A DNA stretch of 64,000 nucleotides from Prorocentrum cordatum (taxonomy: Eukaryota): positions 2,418,001 to 2,482,000 of the forward strand of contig CAUYUJ010000001.1 in NCBI GenBank assembly GCA_963575745.1, written 5' to 3'. The notes beneath the pieces are model-generated. The model worked only from the letters and a program-made list of their open reading frames with translations. It was not told the DNA's origin and ran no database searches. Below are positions 49,666 to 63,400 of this stretch, in pieces (position 1 is the stretch's first letter; every line of letters starts with the position of its first letter). Both the position numbers and the translations under genes were made by a program.

Positions 49666-52422
49666 TATCCTGGCGAAGGACCCAACCATATGCAGTTGTG
49701 AGTATCGCAATTGGGAGTATCTTCTTCGGTGGCGCTCCCTATGGGGCCACGAACCGCATGAGGGGTGTGCCGAAATGTGGCGGGGTACACAACGCAAAGG
49801 ATTACGATTGATCTGATTACGAGAGAAAAAACGCGGGTGAGTCAGAGCGCGAGGGAATATGAGTATGAATGGGTCTGCGCGCGAGTGTATATATTTGCAT
49901 GAATGCGATCATGGAACCGCCTAGTGTAAGTGTCAAGCATGCCTGTCCGAACACACGTGACACTCGGCGTGGCCGCCGCAGGCAGCTTCCGCGGGAACCC
50001 CGACGGCAGCGTCCGCACGTCGCGACGCCCATGTCGGCACGCCTCTTGCGAGGATCGCGCCCGCTTTCGGCTCTTCTTTTCCTTCCTCTTTGCCCGCGCA
50101 CTCCAAAATCCAAGGCTGCGGGCGCAGCGCAGCGCGGAGTCCCCGCGACGCGCGCTGGTCGCCCCGGGCGGGGTCCCAGCGACGCGCGCGGGTCGTCCGC
50201 TGCGCGAAGCAGAGAGAGCTGACTAGCTAACTGGCTGGCTGATAGCGGGCCAGTCTCTGACCGCTGGGCAGAGCGACGACGGGCGAACGAGGCGCCGGGC
50301 CCCCCGCAGCACGGAGTTCCCGCGACGCGCGCTGGTCGCCCCGAGAGGGTCCCAGCGACGCGCGCGGGTTGTCCGCGGCGCGAGGCCAAACAATTAGTCG
50401 GGCAGTCGAGAGAAGGCGCGGCTCGGGGGAGACGCTCCTCAGGTCAGGCCTCGCGGATGAACTCGGTGAAGCCGAGCTCCCTGGCGAGGGCCGTCGCTTC
50501 CCTCCTGCACCGCTTCGTGCGCGCCGCAAACTGCTCCAGCTGCTTCCGCAAGCCCTGCGGCGGCCCTGCCAGGAAGAACTCGATGCGCGGCGCCCGCATG
50601 AGCAGGAGGTCCTCGTGGCGCGTGGCGCGCGAGAGCAGCACGTAGAGCTCCAGCCACCAGTCGTCGTCCTCCTTCTTGCCGTTCCCTACCTCGTGGCGGC
50701 CGCAATCCAGGATCACGCCTGGGCGACGTCGACCGAGGGAGCAGCGCGCCGGGCAGCCGACGGCCCAGGGCGAGAGTCCACAGGACCGAGAGATGGTCTG
50801 GCCGCGGACTGCTCGCGCCCCGGAGGTCTGGCCGCCCCCGGAGCGCCGTTCCCCCGCCCCGTCGCCTTCGCGCATGGTGCGCCCCTGGCACGCCACCGTG
50901 GTGATGACCCTGCCGTGCGAGAAATGCGGGGTGTGTGCCGAAATGGGTGGGGGTGACGCATGCGGGCGGCGGCACTGAGGCCTTCGGTGGAGCTCCCTAT
51001 GGAGCCACGAAACGTGTGAGGGGTGTGCCGAAATGGGTGTGGGGGACGCATGCGGCCGCGGGCACTGGGGCCTTCGGTGGAGCTCCCTATGGAGCCACGA
51101 AACGTGTGAGGGGTGTGCCGAAATGGGTGTGGGGGATGCATGCGGCCGCGGGCACTGGGGCCTTCGGTGGAGCTCCCTATGGAGCCACGAAACGTGTGAG
51201 GGGTGTGCCGAAATGGGTGTGGGTGACGCATGCGGCCGCGGCCACTGGGGCCTTCGGTGGAGCTCCCTATGGAGCCACGAAACGTGTGAGGGGTGTGCCG
51301 AAATTGGTGTGGGTGACGCATGCGGCCGCGGGCACTGGGGCCTTCGGTGGAGCTCCCTATGGAGCCACGAAGCGTGTGAGGGGTGTGCCGAAATGACACC
51401 CCCAGTGGGACCTTCGGTGGAGCTCCCCATGGGGCCACGAAGCGTTGTCCTGGGTGGGGGAGACGCATGCGAACACCCCTACTGGGACCTTAGGTGGAGC
51501 TCCCTATGGGGCCCCGAAACGCTGTCCTGGGTGGGGGAGACGCATGCGAACACCTCCACTTGGGCCTTCGGTGGAGCTCCCTATGGGGCCACGAAACGCT
51601 GTCCTGGGTGGGGGAGACGCATGCGAACACCCTTATTGGGACCTTCGGTGGAGCTCCCGATGGGGCCACGAAACGCTGTCCTGGGTGGGGGAGACGCAAG
51701 CGAACACCCCTACTGGGACCTTCGGTGGAGCTCCCTATGGGGCCACGAAACGCTGTCCTGCGTGGGGGAGACGCATGCGAACACCCCTATTGGGACCTTC
51801 AGTGGAGCTCCCTATGGGGCCACGAAACAGTTCCTGGTGGGGGAGACGCATGCGAACGACCCCCAGCTTTGGGCCTTCGGTGAGCTCCCTATGGGGCCCG
51901 AAACGCTGTCCTGGGGGTGTGGGCATGCGAACACCCCCATTTTGGCCTTCGGTGGAGCTCCCTATGGGGCCACGAATCGCTGTCCTGGGTGGGGGAGACG
52001 CATGCGAACACCCCTACTGGGACCTTCGGTGGAGCTCCCTATGTATGGGGCCACGAAACGCTGTCCTGCGTGGGGGAGACGCATGCGAACACCCCTGTTG
52101 GGACCTTCAGTGGAGCTCCCTATGGGGCCACGAAACGCTGTCCTGGGCGGGGGAGACGCATGCGAACGCCCCCAGTGGGACCTTCGGTGGAGCTCCCTAT
52201 GGGGCCACGAAACGTGTGAGGGGTGTGACGACATGGGCGGTGGGGACGGTGATGAAGACGATGATGAGGATGAGGATGTGGATGAGGATGATGCTGCAGA
52301 TGATCATTCTGACGGAAGAGAGAAGAGGAGGGGGAGGAGGGAGGAGGGGGAGGAGGAAGGAAGAGAGGAACGCGGGGCACCGTCTCTTCAAAACGAGGAC
52401 CCAACACCACAGGATGGTTGGG
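49666..52422 (-). mobile_element. HINE-like element, copy E, carrying a helicase fragment; 77-bp and 90-bp arrays
   Basis: Head at 52422; tail ATGGTTGGG-TCCT-TCGCC-AGGA-TA|TTTTTTT at 49666; GGAGCCACGA every 90 bp at 51001-51361. Confidence 0.8.
50444..50925 (-). pseudogene. C-terminal fragment of a PIF1/Helitron-type SF1 helicase (exons 50866 to about 50925 and 50444-50718)
   Basis: Spliced: FSHGRVITTVACQGRTMREGVILDCGR...WWLELYVLLSRATRHEDLLL, matching SF1 motifs V (T.h..QG.T) and VI (YV.LSR). 147-nt intron AG|GC...CAG|G at 50719-50865. Confidence 0.78.
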
Positions 52423-52424
52423 AA

Positions 52425-52474
52425 TAATAGAAGTCGTAGAAATAGTGGTAATGGTAGTCGTGGTAGTAGTAGTG

Positions 52475-52513
<39 letters not shown>

Positions 52514-52522
52514 ATAGTAGTC

Positions 52523-52573
<51 letters not shown>

Positions 52574-52603
52574 ATAGTATAAGTAGTAGTAGTAGTAGTA
52601 GTC

Positions 52604-52639
<36 letters not shown>

Positions 52640-52687
52640 ATAGTAGTAGTAGTGGTAGTAGTAGTAGTAACAGTAGTAGTAATAGTG

Positions 52688-52733
<46 letters not shown>

Positions 52734-52874
52734 TAGTGGTAGTAGTAGTAGTAGTACTAGTCGTCCTAATCATAGTAGAAGTTCTAGTAGTCGTCGTAGT
52801 GGTAATAGTATATGATCGTGTAGTAATATTAATCGCAGTCGTAGTTGTGGTAGTAGTGCTGGTTTGTAGTAGTT

Positions 52875-52908
<34 letters not shown>

Positions 52909-52978
52909 AAAAATACATGTAATAATAGAAGTAGTCGTAATATTTCCGGTGGTAGTAGGAGTACTGGTCGTAGCCGTG

Positions 52979-53021
<43 letters not shown>

Positions 53022-53090
53022 CGTTCGTAATACCAAGATTCGTCGTCGTCGTCGTCGTAGTAGTGATAGTAGTAGTAGTAGTAGTAGTAC

Positions 53091-53125
<35 letters not shown>

Positions 53126-53144
53126 ATCGTAGTAGTAGTAATAA

Positions 53145-53188
<44 letters not shown>

Positions 53189-53383
53189 CTAGTAGTAGTA
53201 GTAGTAGTCGTAAGTAAGTATTAGTACTACATAACTACTATGTAGTAGCAGTAAGTAGTAGTAGTAGTAATAGTAGTAGTAGTAGTAGTAGTAGTATCCG
53301 TAGTAGTAGTAGTCGTCGAGTCGTAGTAGTAGATAGTAGTAGTAGTAGTAGTAGTCGTGGTAGTGGTAGTAGTAGTGGTAGTG

Positions 53384-53422
<39 letters not shown>

Positions 53423-53524
53423 ATAGTAGTAGTAGTAGTAGTAGTGATAGTAGTAGTAGTAGTAGTAGTAGTAGTAAAAGTGGTAGTAGTAGTAGTAGTA
53501 GTAGTAGTAGCCGAAGTCGTAGTC

Positions 53525-53560
<36 letters not shown>

Positions 53561-53801
53561 ATAGTAGTAGTAGTAGTAGTACTAGTCGTCCTAATCATAG
53601 TAGAAGTTCTAGTAGTAGTCGTAGTGGTAATAGTATATGATCGTGTAGTAATATTAATCGCAGTCGTAGTTGTGGTAGTAGTGCTGGTTAGTAGTAGTTG
53701 TAGTAGTAGTATTAGTAGTAGTAGTAGTAGTAATAATACATGTAATAGTAGAAGTAGTCGTAATAGTTCCGGTGGTAGTAGGAGTAATGGTCGTAGTCGT
53801 G

Positions 53802-53845
<44 letters not shown>

Positions 53846-53868
53846 TTTAGTAGTAGTAGTAGTAATTT

Positions 53869-53919
<51 letters not shown>

Positions 53920-54018
53920 TCGTAGTAGTGGTAGTGTTCGTAATACCAAGACTCGTCGTCGTCGTCGTCGTAGTAGTAGTAGTAGTGGTAGTAGTAGTAG
54001 TAGTAGTAGTAGTAGTAA

Positions 54019-54051
<33 letters not shown>

Positions 54052-54072
54052 GTGGTAATGGTAGTGGTAGTG

Positions 54073-54107
<35 letters not shown>

Positions 54108-54250
54108 CGTAGTAGTAGTCGTAGTCGTAGTAAGTATTAGTAGAGTTGTAGTAGTAGAGTCAGTATTAGTAGTAGTAGTAGTAAAAAAAAAACAAACAAA
54201 ACAAAAAAGGGGGTAAGGTAGTGGTATAGTCGTATTATAGTAGTATTAAG
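52425..54250. repeat. (GTA)n array, right block, with an internal duplication
   Basis: The degenerate block CTAGTCGTCCTAATCATAGTAGAAGTTC... occurs at about 52757 and about 53582. Confidence 0.95.
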
Positions 54251-55389
54251 TAGTCGTAGTAATTAAAAACTAAATAAAAAGTAGTCCCCCCCCCCCATTA
54301 GACCCTCGTGGTAATCATCGTCGTCGTCGTCGGTGTCGTGATTGGAGAGAACACTTTCTACCGTTCCTTGGCTGGCAAGAATTGCCAAACTCTTACCTCA
54401 ACGAACCGGGGGGCCCCCCACCCCCCCCCCGTCAGAATCCCCCCCCCCCCCCCCCCCCCTTTTCGTACAAACGAAGCCACGAAGAACCCTAGAACTAACT
54501 ACTTGGACTCCCCCACCCACCTCGCCAGGTACCCCCCGCTCCCCCCAAACACGCCCTCCTATTCCTAAACCCAGAGGGGGGGTTCACCCCCCCCCCCCTC
54601 CCCCCTCTCCTCGGATTTGACAAATTAAGGGGGGGAAGGAGTTTCAAAACCATTTCTGCCCCCCACCCGCCCACGCGCCGCCGGCACCTGACAACGGCGA
54701 GCGTCGAAGCCAAACGACGGCGACGACGACGAGCGCTGGCGCCGAACGACAGGGTCGAACCAGCCCGCGCCACCCCCCCTTCCGCGGAAACCACATGCAC
54801 TGCAACCGCAACGCAAATTCAACGCAGTGCAAAGCAATGCGACGCAACAGGATGCAAGGCAACGCAAGGCAACGCAACGCAATGCGCAATTATGCAATGC
54901 AATACGATGCATTGCGACGCAGTGCAACCCCCTGCAATTCAATCCGCTGCAATGCAATGTGTGCGTCGTCACGTGGTAGCATCGCGAGGCCGGGGAAAAA
55001 ACATACTTCCCGCTCAACTCGCCACGTGGCAACGCCTTGCAGAGCAGAGCAGATCCCGCGCGGCCACCAGGCGGGTCCTGCACAGGACACGGGAGGAAAA
55101 TAGCATGCACAGATTTCCTGCAACACACAAGCACACCCACAACACACGCACCACATCACAACACATAACAGCACAACACGAATAACAACATAATACAACA
55201 CACAACACAACACAACCGGACACGACACCACAATGCACCCACACACACGCGCGCGCGCGAATGCCGTCGCTCAGATGCCGTCCGCCCACCGGCACGTCTG
55301 GCGGCCCAGCCTCCTGGAGGCCTCTTGACCAGGCACTGTTGGCCGAATCGACCAATGATACACGCGACAGACGATGCCTGCCGGCTGCT

Positions 55390-57349
55390 TTGCGACCGTC
55401 TCGATCATTGCCTCGCGCCTGGCTCCAGACCGCCGCGCGAGTGCCGTCCCACGCAGATTTCTATCTTTCTGTCATGCGATGCCCTGAATTATGCCATTCC
55501 CCTTATCGCGTCCAAACCTAGCCCGCGATGCATCACCTTCCGTTGTGCTCCATCGAATTTCTCCAACCGCGCTACTGTGAGCGGGGTTGTTGAAAGACTG
55601 CATGAGACTGTCGGGCTGACGACGTCGTCGAACAATCTCAGGCGCAATGTGGCCGGGATCTCGCGGTCGAGCAAGGCATGGCGCAGCTCATGGAAACGAA
55701 CCCCTGCGCGCGACAGACGATGATCAATATTTCTCTGCCACCGCGGTGCCAGATCTCCCGGCGAAGACTTTCCAAGGTACTTGCGGGGGGAACCTGCCTT
55801 GATGACTTCCACGAACGTGCCCGGGATGTCTACCAGCGGGCGTTGACCCAGAGGATGCCGCGGCATCCGTCGTCAGAAGCATCCTTGTCGATGGGAGTGC
55901 GCGGGCGTCTGATGCCGCGGCATCCGTCGCCCGTCCGCGCAAAAACTTCGCAGAGAGTATGGGGCCATCCGCGAAGCGGGCGTTCGTCGGCCTGTCAGGG
56001 GCGTCGCCAGAAAGCTGGACACCACGCTCGGCACTCAAGCGCGCCATCCACCGGCGCACGGCGACTCCGGTGGCTGCGTTGAACAGAAGCGGGCTTAATA
56101 TGTCCCCTATTCTAACTCCACGGCAGATCGAAAACGAAGGCAGTCGACAATGCCCACCTGATCAGAATATATTCATTACGACTGGACCAAGTACTTGTCT
56201 GGCAACCCAAGCCCTGTCAACGAGTTCAGAAGGGCGTCGTGCTCGAGTGAGTCGAAGGCTTTGCGAAGGTCCACGCTTAACGCCCACAAAAGAATAATCC
56301 ACTCCAGGGGTGCCCCGACCATGCGCTCGAGGGTCGTCAGAGCCTCGTCGACTCCGCGGGCTGTCCGGGGACCCATCAGCTCATCTGAGATTTGCGGGTC
56401 CAGATGTGGAAAAAGTCGCTCGTGAATCGTCTCGGCGAAAACTTCATCAACGACGTCGAAGATGGCTGCCGGCCACCTTGCGCCGGCATCTCCAGAAATA
56501 CCCCGTGCTTGTCAGCGCGCTTGCCCTTTGAGAGAGCTTGCAATGCGTCGACTAACTCGTCCATCGTACAAAGATGAATGTCTCTCAACTGCATCGCGCC
56601 ACCCTCTTGTCTGCTTGCTGGCGCCTGGTCTGAAGCGCGCAACTCCCCGAGCATCCTTGCGAAATCTATCGGCTTCGACGGGTTCAGCAGCCATTGTGTG
56701 AAGCCGGTGGAGGTCGCGAAATTCTGTGAGCTGCTCTTCCAGCCGCCGCGTCTGCCAACGACGCAATGCTTTCCTCGTCTTCTTGGCCATTTCCTGTGGC
56801 GCAGAAGCGCGCGCCCCTCGCGATCTGTGCGATGTCTCCATCGTTTCCTCAAGACTTCGAGCTCTGCTGCGCCCCGCTGTCGGTCTTGCAGCTGGGCCCC
56901 AGTCGCGCCAGAGTCGCGCGCGGCTGCTCTCGCGGCGCCTTGTAGTTCGCGCCAAGATAAGTCCCCGACGTCGCCCGAGAGAACTTCCGATTCCTTCTCG
57001 CAGGTCGGAGAGCCCGCCCATTTCATCGACGATTTCTTTTTCCTCTTGCTGGCGCCTGCAGGAGGCGCGAGGAAAGACGCGCAAACGGCGCGACGATCAG
57101 ATCCACGATCGAGTACGTTCGCGGCTGCCGAACCAGACAAAATTAGCGAAGAGGAACAAAATATGTAATCAATCTCGCGCATATGCCCCAAGGTGACTTT
57201 GAGTGCCCACTGCAGCCCCCGATCCAACTCGACGCCGTGTGCTGCGCGCGTGCCGTTTTCTGATGCGAGACCAGAAAGGAGATCCCCACGAGCGCCGCAT
57301 TTCAGAATGGCATTGAAATCGCCAATCCAAAGGGCGCGCCGCTTCTGCC
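55390..57349 (-). mobile_element. Degenerate RTE-like LINE ORF2 (APE+RT), cut by the gap
   Basis: WIGDFNA, EIDYIF, GSDRRAV, LSVDLRKAFDSLEH, GDILSPLLFNA, RFAD, KYLGK, LRLRLFDDVVSPT; frameshifted. Confidence 0.88.
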
Positions 57350-57449
57350 NNNNNNNNNNNNNNNNNNNNNNNNNNNNNNNNNNNNNNNNNNNNNNNNNNN
57401 NNNNNNNNNNNNNNNNNNNNNNNNNNNNNNNNNNNNNNNNNNNNNNNNN
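57350..57449. other. Assembly gap (100 N)
   Basis: Seen directly. Confidence 1.
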
Positions 57450-60400
57450 CGTTCCGATCCGTGTGAGACCTGCGCCAGGATGTGCTCGTGGACGCCGACT
57501 CTCAGCCCACGCCCTGGACGCAAGACGACAACCGGTGGGCGCGGCCATTCCGTCTTCTGGAGCATGCCCGCCAATCGCTAGCCCCAGTTGTCATACGCCC
57601 ACGCCTGCGATCCCATGTGGAAAACCATGTGGGATCGGAAGTTGGGGGGTGAGATCGCAGTGGAACGGAGACCCCCAACCGGGAAATCATTTCGTTTCGT
57701 TCGTGTCGTGCGTGCGGGCGAGGCGAAGCTGAGTGGGCGCGCGAGAGAAATGAACCCGCCGTTGCTAGGGCGAAATCAAGACAAATGTTTCTCCTCCGTC
57801 CGTCCGTCCGGCGGTGGCTTCAGCGGTGTCCCGCGGTGTCCCGTGGTGTCCCGTGGTGCCCGCCGTTGCTAGGGCGAAGTCAAGACAAATGATTCTCCCC
57901 AACCAGCCCGTCTGGCGGTGGCTCGCGGTGTCCTGCGGTGTCCCGTGGTGTCCCGTTGAGTGAAATCGATAGTGAGATCGATAGTGAGATCGATACTGAG
58001 ATCGATGTGGTGCCCCGAGGTGTCCCAAAACATGAGATCGATAATGAGATCGACAGGTGTCCCGTGGTGTCCTGTTGAGTGAGATCGATAGTGAGATCGA
58101 TAGTGAGATCGATGTGGTGCCCCGAGGTGTCCCGAAAAATGAGGTCGATAAAGAGATCGACAGGTGTCCCGTGGTGTCTCGTTGAGTGAGGTCGATAACT
58201 AGTGAGATCGATGTGGTGTCCCGAGGTGTCCTGTGGTGTCTTATGGTGTCCCGTTGAGTGAGATCGATAGTGAGATCGATAGTGAGACCGATAGTGAGAT
58301 CGAGAGGTGTCCCTCGGTGTCCCGTGGTGCCCCGTCGAGAGAGATCGATAGTGAGATCGATCGTGAGATCGACACGTGTCCCGTGGTGTCCCGTGGTGTC
58401 CCGTTGAGTGAGATCGATAGTGAGATCGATTGAGTCAGATGTTGGTTCCACCCCCTCTCCTGCCCCCACAACCTCCTTATCACCCGAAGGGTGGTCGTAT
58501 AGGTAGTATGGGTTTGTCACTCCTGGGTTACCCCCCCGGTGCGACGCCACGTGACGGGGACAGTTGGATGAGGGGTTTACCCCTCCCCCTCCCCTGGACC
58601 TGGAGGGGTAGTTTCGCGAGGTGTCAGAAGGCTCTTTTGGCCCAAGATGGCTCAAAGAGCGTTCCAGAGAGCCCAAGATGACCTCCAAGATGGCTCAAGA
58701 TAGCCCAAACTGGCTCAAAATGGTTTCCAAGATGCTCCAAGAGACGGAGCCTTCCACGGAGGCCCCCGAGAGGCCCAAATCATACAAACGCACAAGAAAT
58801 CAATGAGGTTTGCCTGCTCGCCTTTTTTGCTTTCGATTGCATTCCGAGGCCCCAAGATGGCTCCATGAGAGTCCGAGAGGGCCCCAAGATAGGCCTAAGA
58901 GAGCCCCAAGACGGCCCCAAGAACGCCCAAGAGCGCCCCACGAGCGCTCGAAGAGGGGCCCAAGAGGCGATCGTGGGGGCTTCCGAGGGGGGAGGCTAAT
59001 TAAGGACCCCCCCCGTCTTTGCTCGAGCTCTTCCAAGATGGCTCCGAGAGGGCTTCTGAGGCCCCCAAGAAGCCTCCAAGAGACTCCAGAGAGGCCCCCA
59101 AGAAGCCTATACGCGCCCTCCACGAGCACCCCAAGAGGCTCCCAGCGGCATACAAGACGCCCCAAGAGGCTCGCAAGACCACCAAGAGGCCACCAAGACG
59201 CCCCAAGAAACCTCCAAACAAATTCCCAATCAACATCCCAAGAGATTCCGAAACACGTCCAAAAAACGTCTGGTCTTCTGGTTGGCCTCCGCCTCTCCTC
59301 CCTCCTTCCCCTTCCGTGTCCTCCGCCTCCCTCACTTCCATTTCCTCTTCCTCCCCCTCCTCCTCCTCCTGCTCCTCCTCCTCCACCTCCTCCCTTTATT
59401 CCCAATCATCCTGTGGTGTTGGGTCCTCGTTTTGAAGAGACTGTCCCCGCGTCCCTCCTCCTCCTCCTCCTCTCCTCCTCCTCCTCCCCCTCCTCCCTCC
59501 TCCCTGCGTTTCACCCACCCAGCACACCGTTTCGTGGCCCCATCAGGGGGCTCCACTGAAGATCCCAGTGGCACCGCCCGCATGCGTCCGCCACCACCCA
59601 GCACAGCCCTTGCTCCCTGCGCTTCACCCACCCAGCACAGCGTTTCGCCACCACCCAGCACAGCCCTTGCTCCCTGCGTTCCGCCCACCCAATACACCGT
59701 TTCGTGGCCCCATAGGGGGCCCCACCGAAGGTCCCAGTGGAGCCGCCAGCATGCGTCCGCCACCACCCAGCACAGCCCTTGTTCCCTGCGTTTCGCCCAC
59801 ACAATACAGCGTTCGTGGCCCCATGTGGAGCTCCACAGAAAGTCCCGGTGGCACCGCCCGCATGCGTCCGCCACCATCCAGCACAACCCTTGCTCCCTGC
59901 GTTTCGCCCACCCAGTACCTCGTTTCGTGGCCCCATATGGAACTCCACCGGAGGTCCCAGTGGCACCGCCCGCATGCGTCCGCCACCATCCAGCACAACC
60001 CTTGCTCCCTGCGTTTCGCCCACACAGTACACCGTTTCGTGGCCCCATAGGGAGCTGCACCGAAAGTCCCAGTGGCACCGCCCGCATGCGTCCGCCACCA
60101 CCCAGCACAGCCCTTGCTCCCTGCGTTTCGCCCACCCAATACACCGTTTCGTGGCCCCATATGGAACTCCACCAGAGGTCCCAGTGGCACCGCCCGCATG
60201 CGTCCGCCACCACCCAGCACAGCCCTTGCCCCCTGCGTTTCACCCAGCTAGTACAGCGCTTCGTGGCCCCATAGGGTGCGCCACCGAAGAAGATGCTCAC
60301 AATTGCGGCACTCACAACTGCATTTGGTTGGGTCCTTCGCCAGGCAAATTTTTCTTCCATCCTCCGCCTTGTTGGAGTAGGACGGCTTCCCAAACCTTAG

Positions 60401-63400
60401 GTTTCTCTGTATGCTCCCTCATTTATCTGATCAGGGCAACTCGTGTGGGCATCGTCTCTACACTGACTTTTCGCCTTTTCATGTCTGATGGCCTTCCGAA
60501 GCCTCTGTCCGTCGCCGCGCTAGTGCAAGGTCCTGAATGGGCCCTCTACTGGGTGTCATGAGGCTGTTTCGAACCCTTGACATCACTGCGTGCTCATCCA
60601 CATCCCTGATCAACAAGGCAATTCGCCTGGGCATCGTTTTTGGATGGGCTGCTGGGGTTACGCGAAGCGTCTAGAATACGCCGCCTCCCGGCATTGCCAC
60701 GTGACGAATGAGAGTAGAATCGTACGGTATCGCCCCCTTTGCGTTGCCACGTGACGAACAGCACGGGCCTGTGTTTGTTTCGTTGCTCTGCGCTCCCACG
60801 TGGTAGGCAAAATGGAATCGCATTCCGCCCTGCACTCAAATCGTCTGTTCCCTCCCCAATGCGCATGTGACGGTTCAAGCAAATTTCAATTGTTTAGCCC
60901 CTCTGGGTTGCAACGTGGCGAACAAAACGGGATCGTTTCTTTCTGCCCCCCTCCGACGAATGGAATATACCCGTATTGTCTCAGCCCCTTCGCGCTACCA
61001 CGCGACGAAGAAGTGGGGTAATGCGTGTTCGTCCTCCTGGGCCGCTACGCGGCGATCGAATCATAATTGTATGTGTGGCCACCCCGTTCCTCAGACCCCC
61101 CGCGCTGCCACACGGCGGATTTTGCGCGCCAGGGTGGGATCGCATGTTCCTGCTCCCATGCATTGACATGTGGCAAATTCCGAAACGTTTTTTTGATGAG
61201 CCCATTGGCGATGCCACGTGACGTGTGGCGTATAATATAATTTCTTTCGTCGCTCTACACTGCCATGTGGCGACTCGAATGTAAGGTATAATTTCGCCCC
61301 CACCCCCCGAGATTCGGTCTCTTTACAACCCGAACGACACGTTACAACCGAGATAGGTCTTTCAAACCCGCAAACAATAGAGTTGCCTGGCTGTTCTTTT
61401 GGTACCGACCATTTCACAACCAAAACAACCGATTTTACAACCAACGCGATCACTTTACAACCCGGATGGGGCCCTTTGAAACCAAACCGACCACTTCACA
61501 ACCAGCCTTCAGAAGCGCATGCGCGCTCTGCAGAGGCATATGATCGCCTGCGCGCTTTGCAGAGGCTTCTGAGCGCCTGAGCACTTCGCAGAAGCATATG
61601 AGCGCCTGAACGCTCAGCAAAATCTTCTGGGCGCCTGATCGTTCTGCGGAGGCTTCTGAACGCCTGAGCGCTCCGCAGAGGCTTCTGAGCGCCTGAGCTA
61701 CGCAAAAGCTTCTGAACGCCTGAGAGCTTTGCACAGGCTTCTGAGCGACTGAGCGCTCTGCAGAGGCATCTGAACGGCTGAGCGCTCGGCAAAGGTTTCT
61801 GAGCGCCTGGCCACTTTGCAAAGGTTTCTGAGCGCCTAGGCGCCTGGCAGAGGCCCCCGAGCGCCTTAGAGCTGAAGCCTCTGCAAAGCGAGAGCGAAAA
61901 CTGTTTGCGGCGGAAAAAAAACAAACAACACATGGGAATCTGCATGCGTTGGCTAGAATTCCACCAACGATTTCGTGCGCACTTTCCGCCCCCCTGGGTA
62001 CGCATGCTTCCGCAATTGAGCAACCATGCGGTTTTGCGATTGCCAGGCAATGGGGAGCGAGGGCAAGCATGGCGTATGATGCAACAAGAACAATGTGACA
62101 TCCACACGCGTTGGGTATCATGTTTCAAACGATGTCTTGGCGACATGTGTGCCCTCCTGGGTACGCATGCTACCACGGATTCGCAACCATACGGTGTTGC
62201 TATTGCCAGACGGGGGAACGCGAGAGCAAAACTTGTCTGTGAGGCCAACAACAACATATGGGCATCAACACGTAGTGGCTCGAATGTTACAATCAGCTTG
62301 CTGACAACATGCCCGCTTTCCTCGGCACGCGTGCTCTCAATTGCGAACTCATGCGGTTTTCGTGATTGTCAGACGACGAGGCGCGAGGACGAATATGGTC
62401 GATGATTCAAAAACACCGCAATTTGAAAGCCACATGGATTGGCTAGAATGTTACAATCGATTTCGTTTCCGCAAATCCGCCCTCTTGGGTGCACGTGCGA
62501 CCGCGAATGCGAAACCATATGGTTCTGCGATTGCCGAAAGATGAGGCGCGAGAACTAAAGTTGTCTGTGAGACAAAACCAACACATTGAAATCCATGTGT
62601 ATCGGTTAGAACTTTACCATCGATTTCTTGACAACATTTCCGCGCATTCCACAATTCTGAAAACATGATGATTTTCCAATGTCAGACGATGAGGCGGGAT
62701 GACAAACATGGTTTCTGATGCAAGAAATCAACCATGGGACATCCACAAAGGTTGGCTAGAAATGTACCCATGATTTCTTGGCCACATTCCCGCTATCCTG
62801 GGTGCGCATGCTTCCGCACACGCGGACACATACGGTTGCGTCGTTGCCAGAGGATGAGGTAAGATGACAACATATGTATACAATGCAACATATATGAACA
62901 CCACACGTGTTGGTTATGATTTTACCAAAAGCTTCTTGGCCACATTTCCGCTCTCTGAAAGCGCGCGTGTGCCTCTGCGCCTTTCGCGGCAAACGCTTGT
63001 AGTTCTCTATTTCCAAACGAAGCAGGCTTTTCAGGCAGATGTTGTGCGGTTCGAAAAAAACGATGTAGATTTACGGCATGGGTGTAAAGAAACTAAAAAC
63101 GCCTAGTCCTGCCACCAAATTGTAGCGTGAGGATCTTTATTGGATCTCAATTTGGTTCAAATAGCTCCGTGTGAATACCACAAGGATAGCAATAGGACGC
63201 CAATCGTGGCACAATCTGACTCAGAAGGGACACATTTTTCTTGAGTTTCAGTTGGTTCCCGGTGGGATGCCAGTAGTCTGCCCGTATGGATCGACAAAGA
63301 AAGATTCCGATTGGATTACAATGCGATCTCCTTCGTATTCGCACATGTGGTTCTGATGGGATTCCAAGAAAGATGATCCCTACCATTTTCGAATGTACCC

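Noticed and set aside
51033..52815. 450-aa repeat ORFs (GGAPYGATKR etc.), also at 16697-18064 and 35592-36653
   Set aside because: Open frames across tandem DNA units; the 77- and 112-bp periods rotate through frames.
47905..54140. Long poly-T/V/S/L/Y ORFs, and poly-E/P/G/R ORFs elsewhere
   Set aside because: Translations of (GTA)n and (GGA)n microsatellites.
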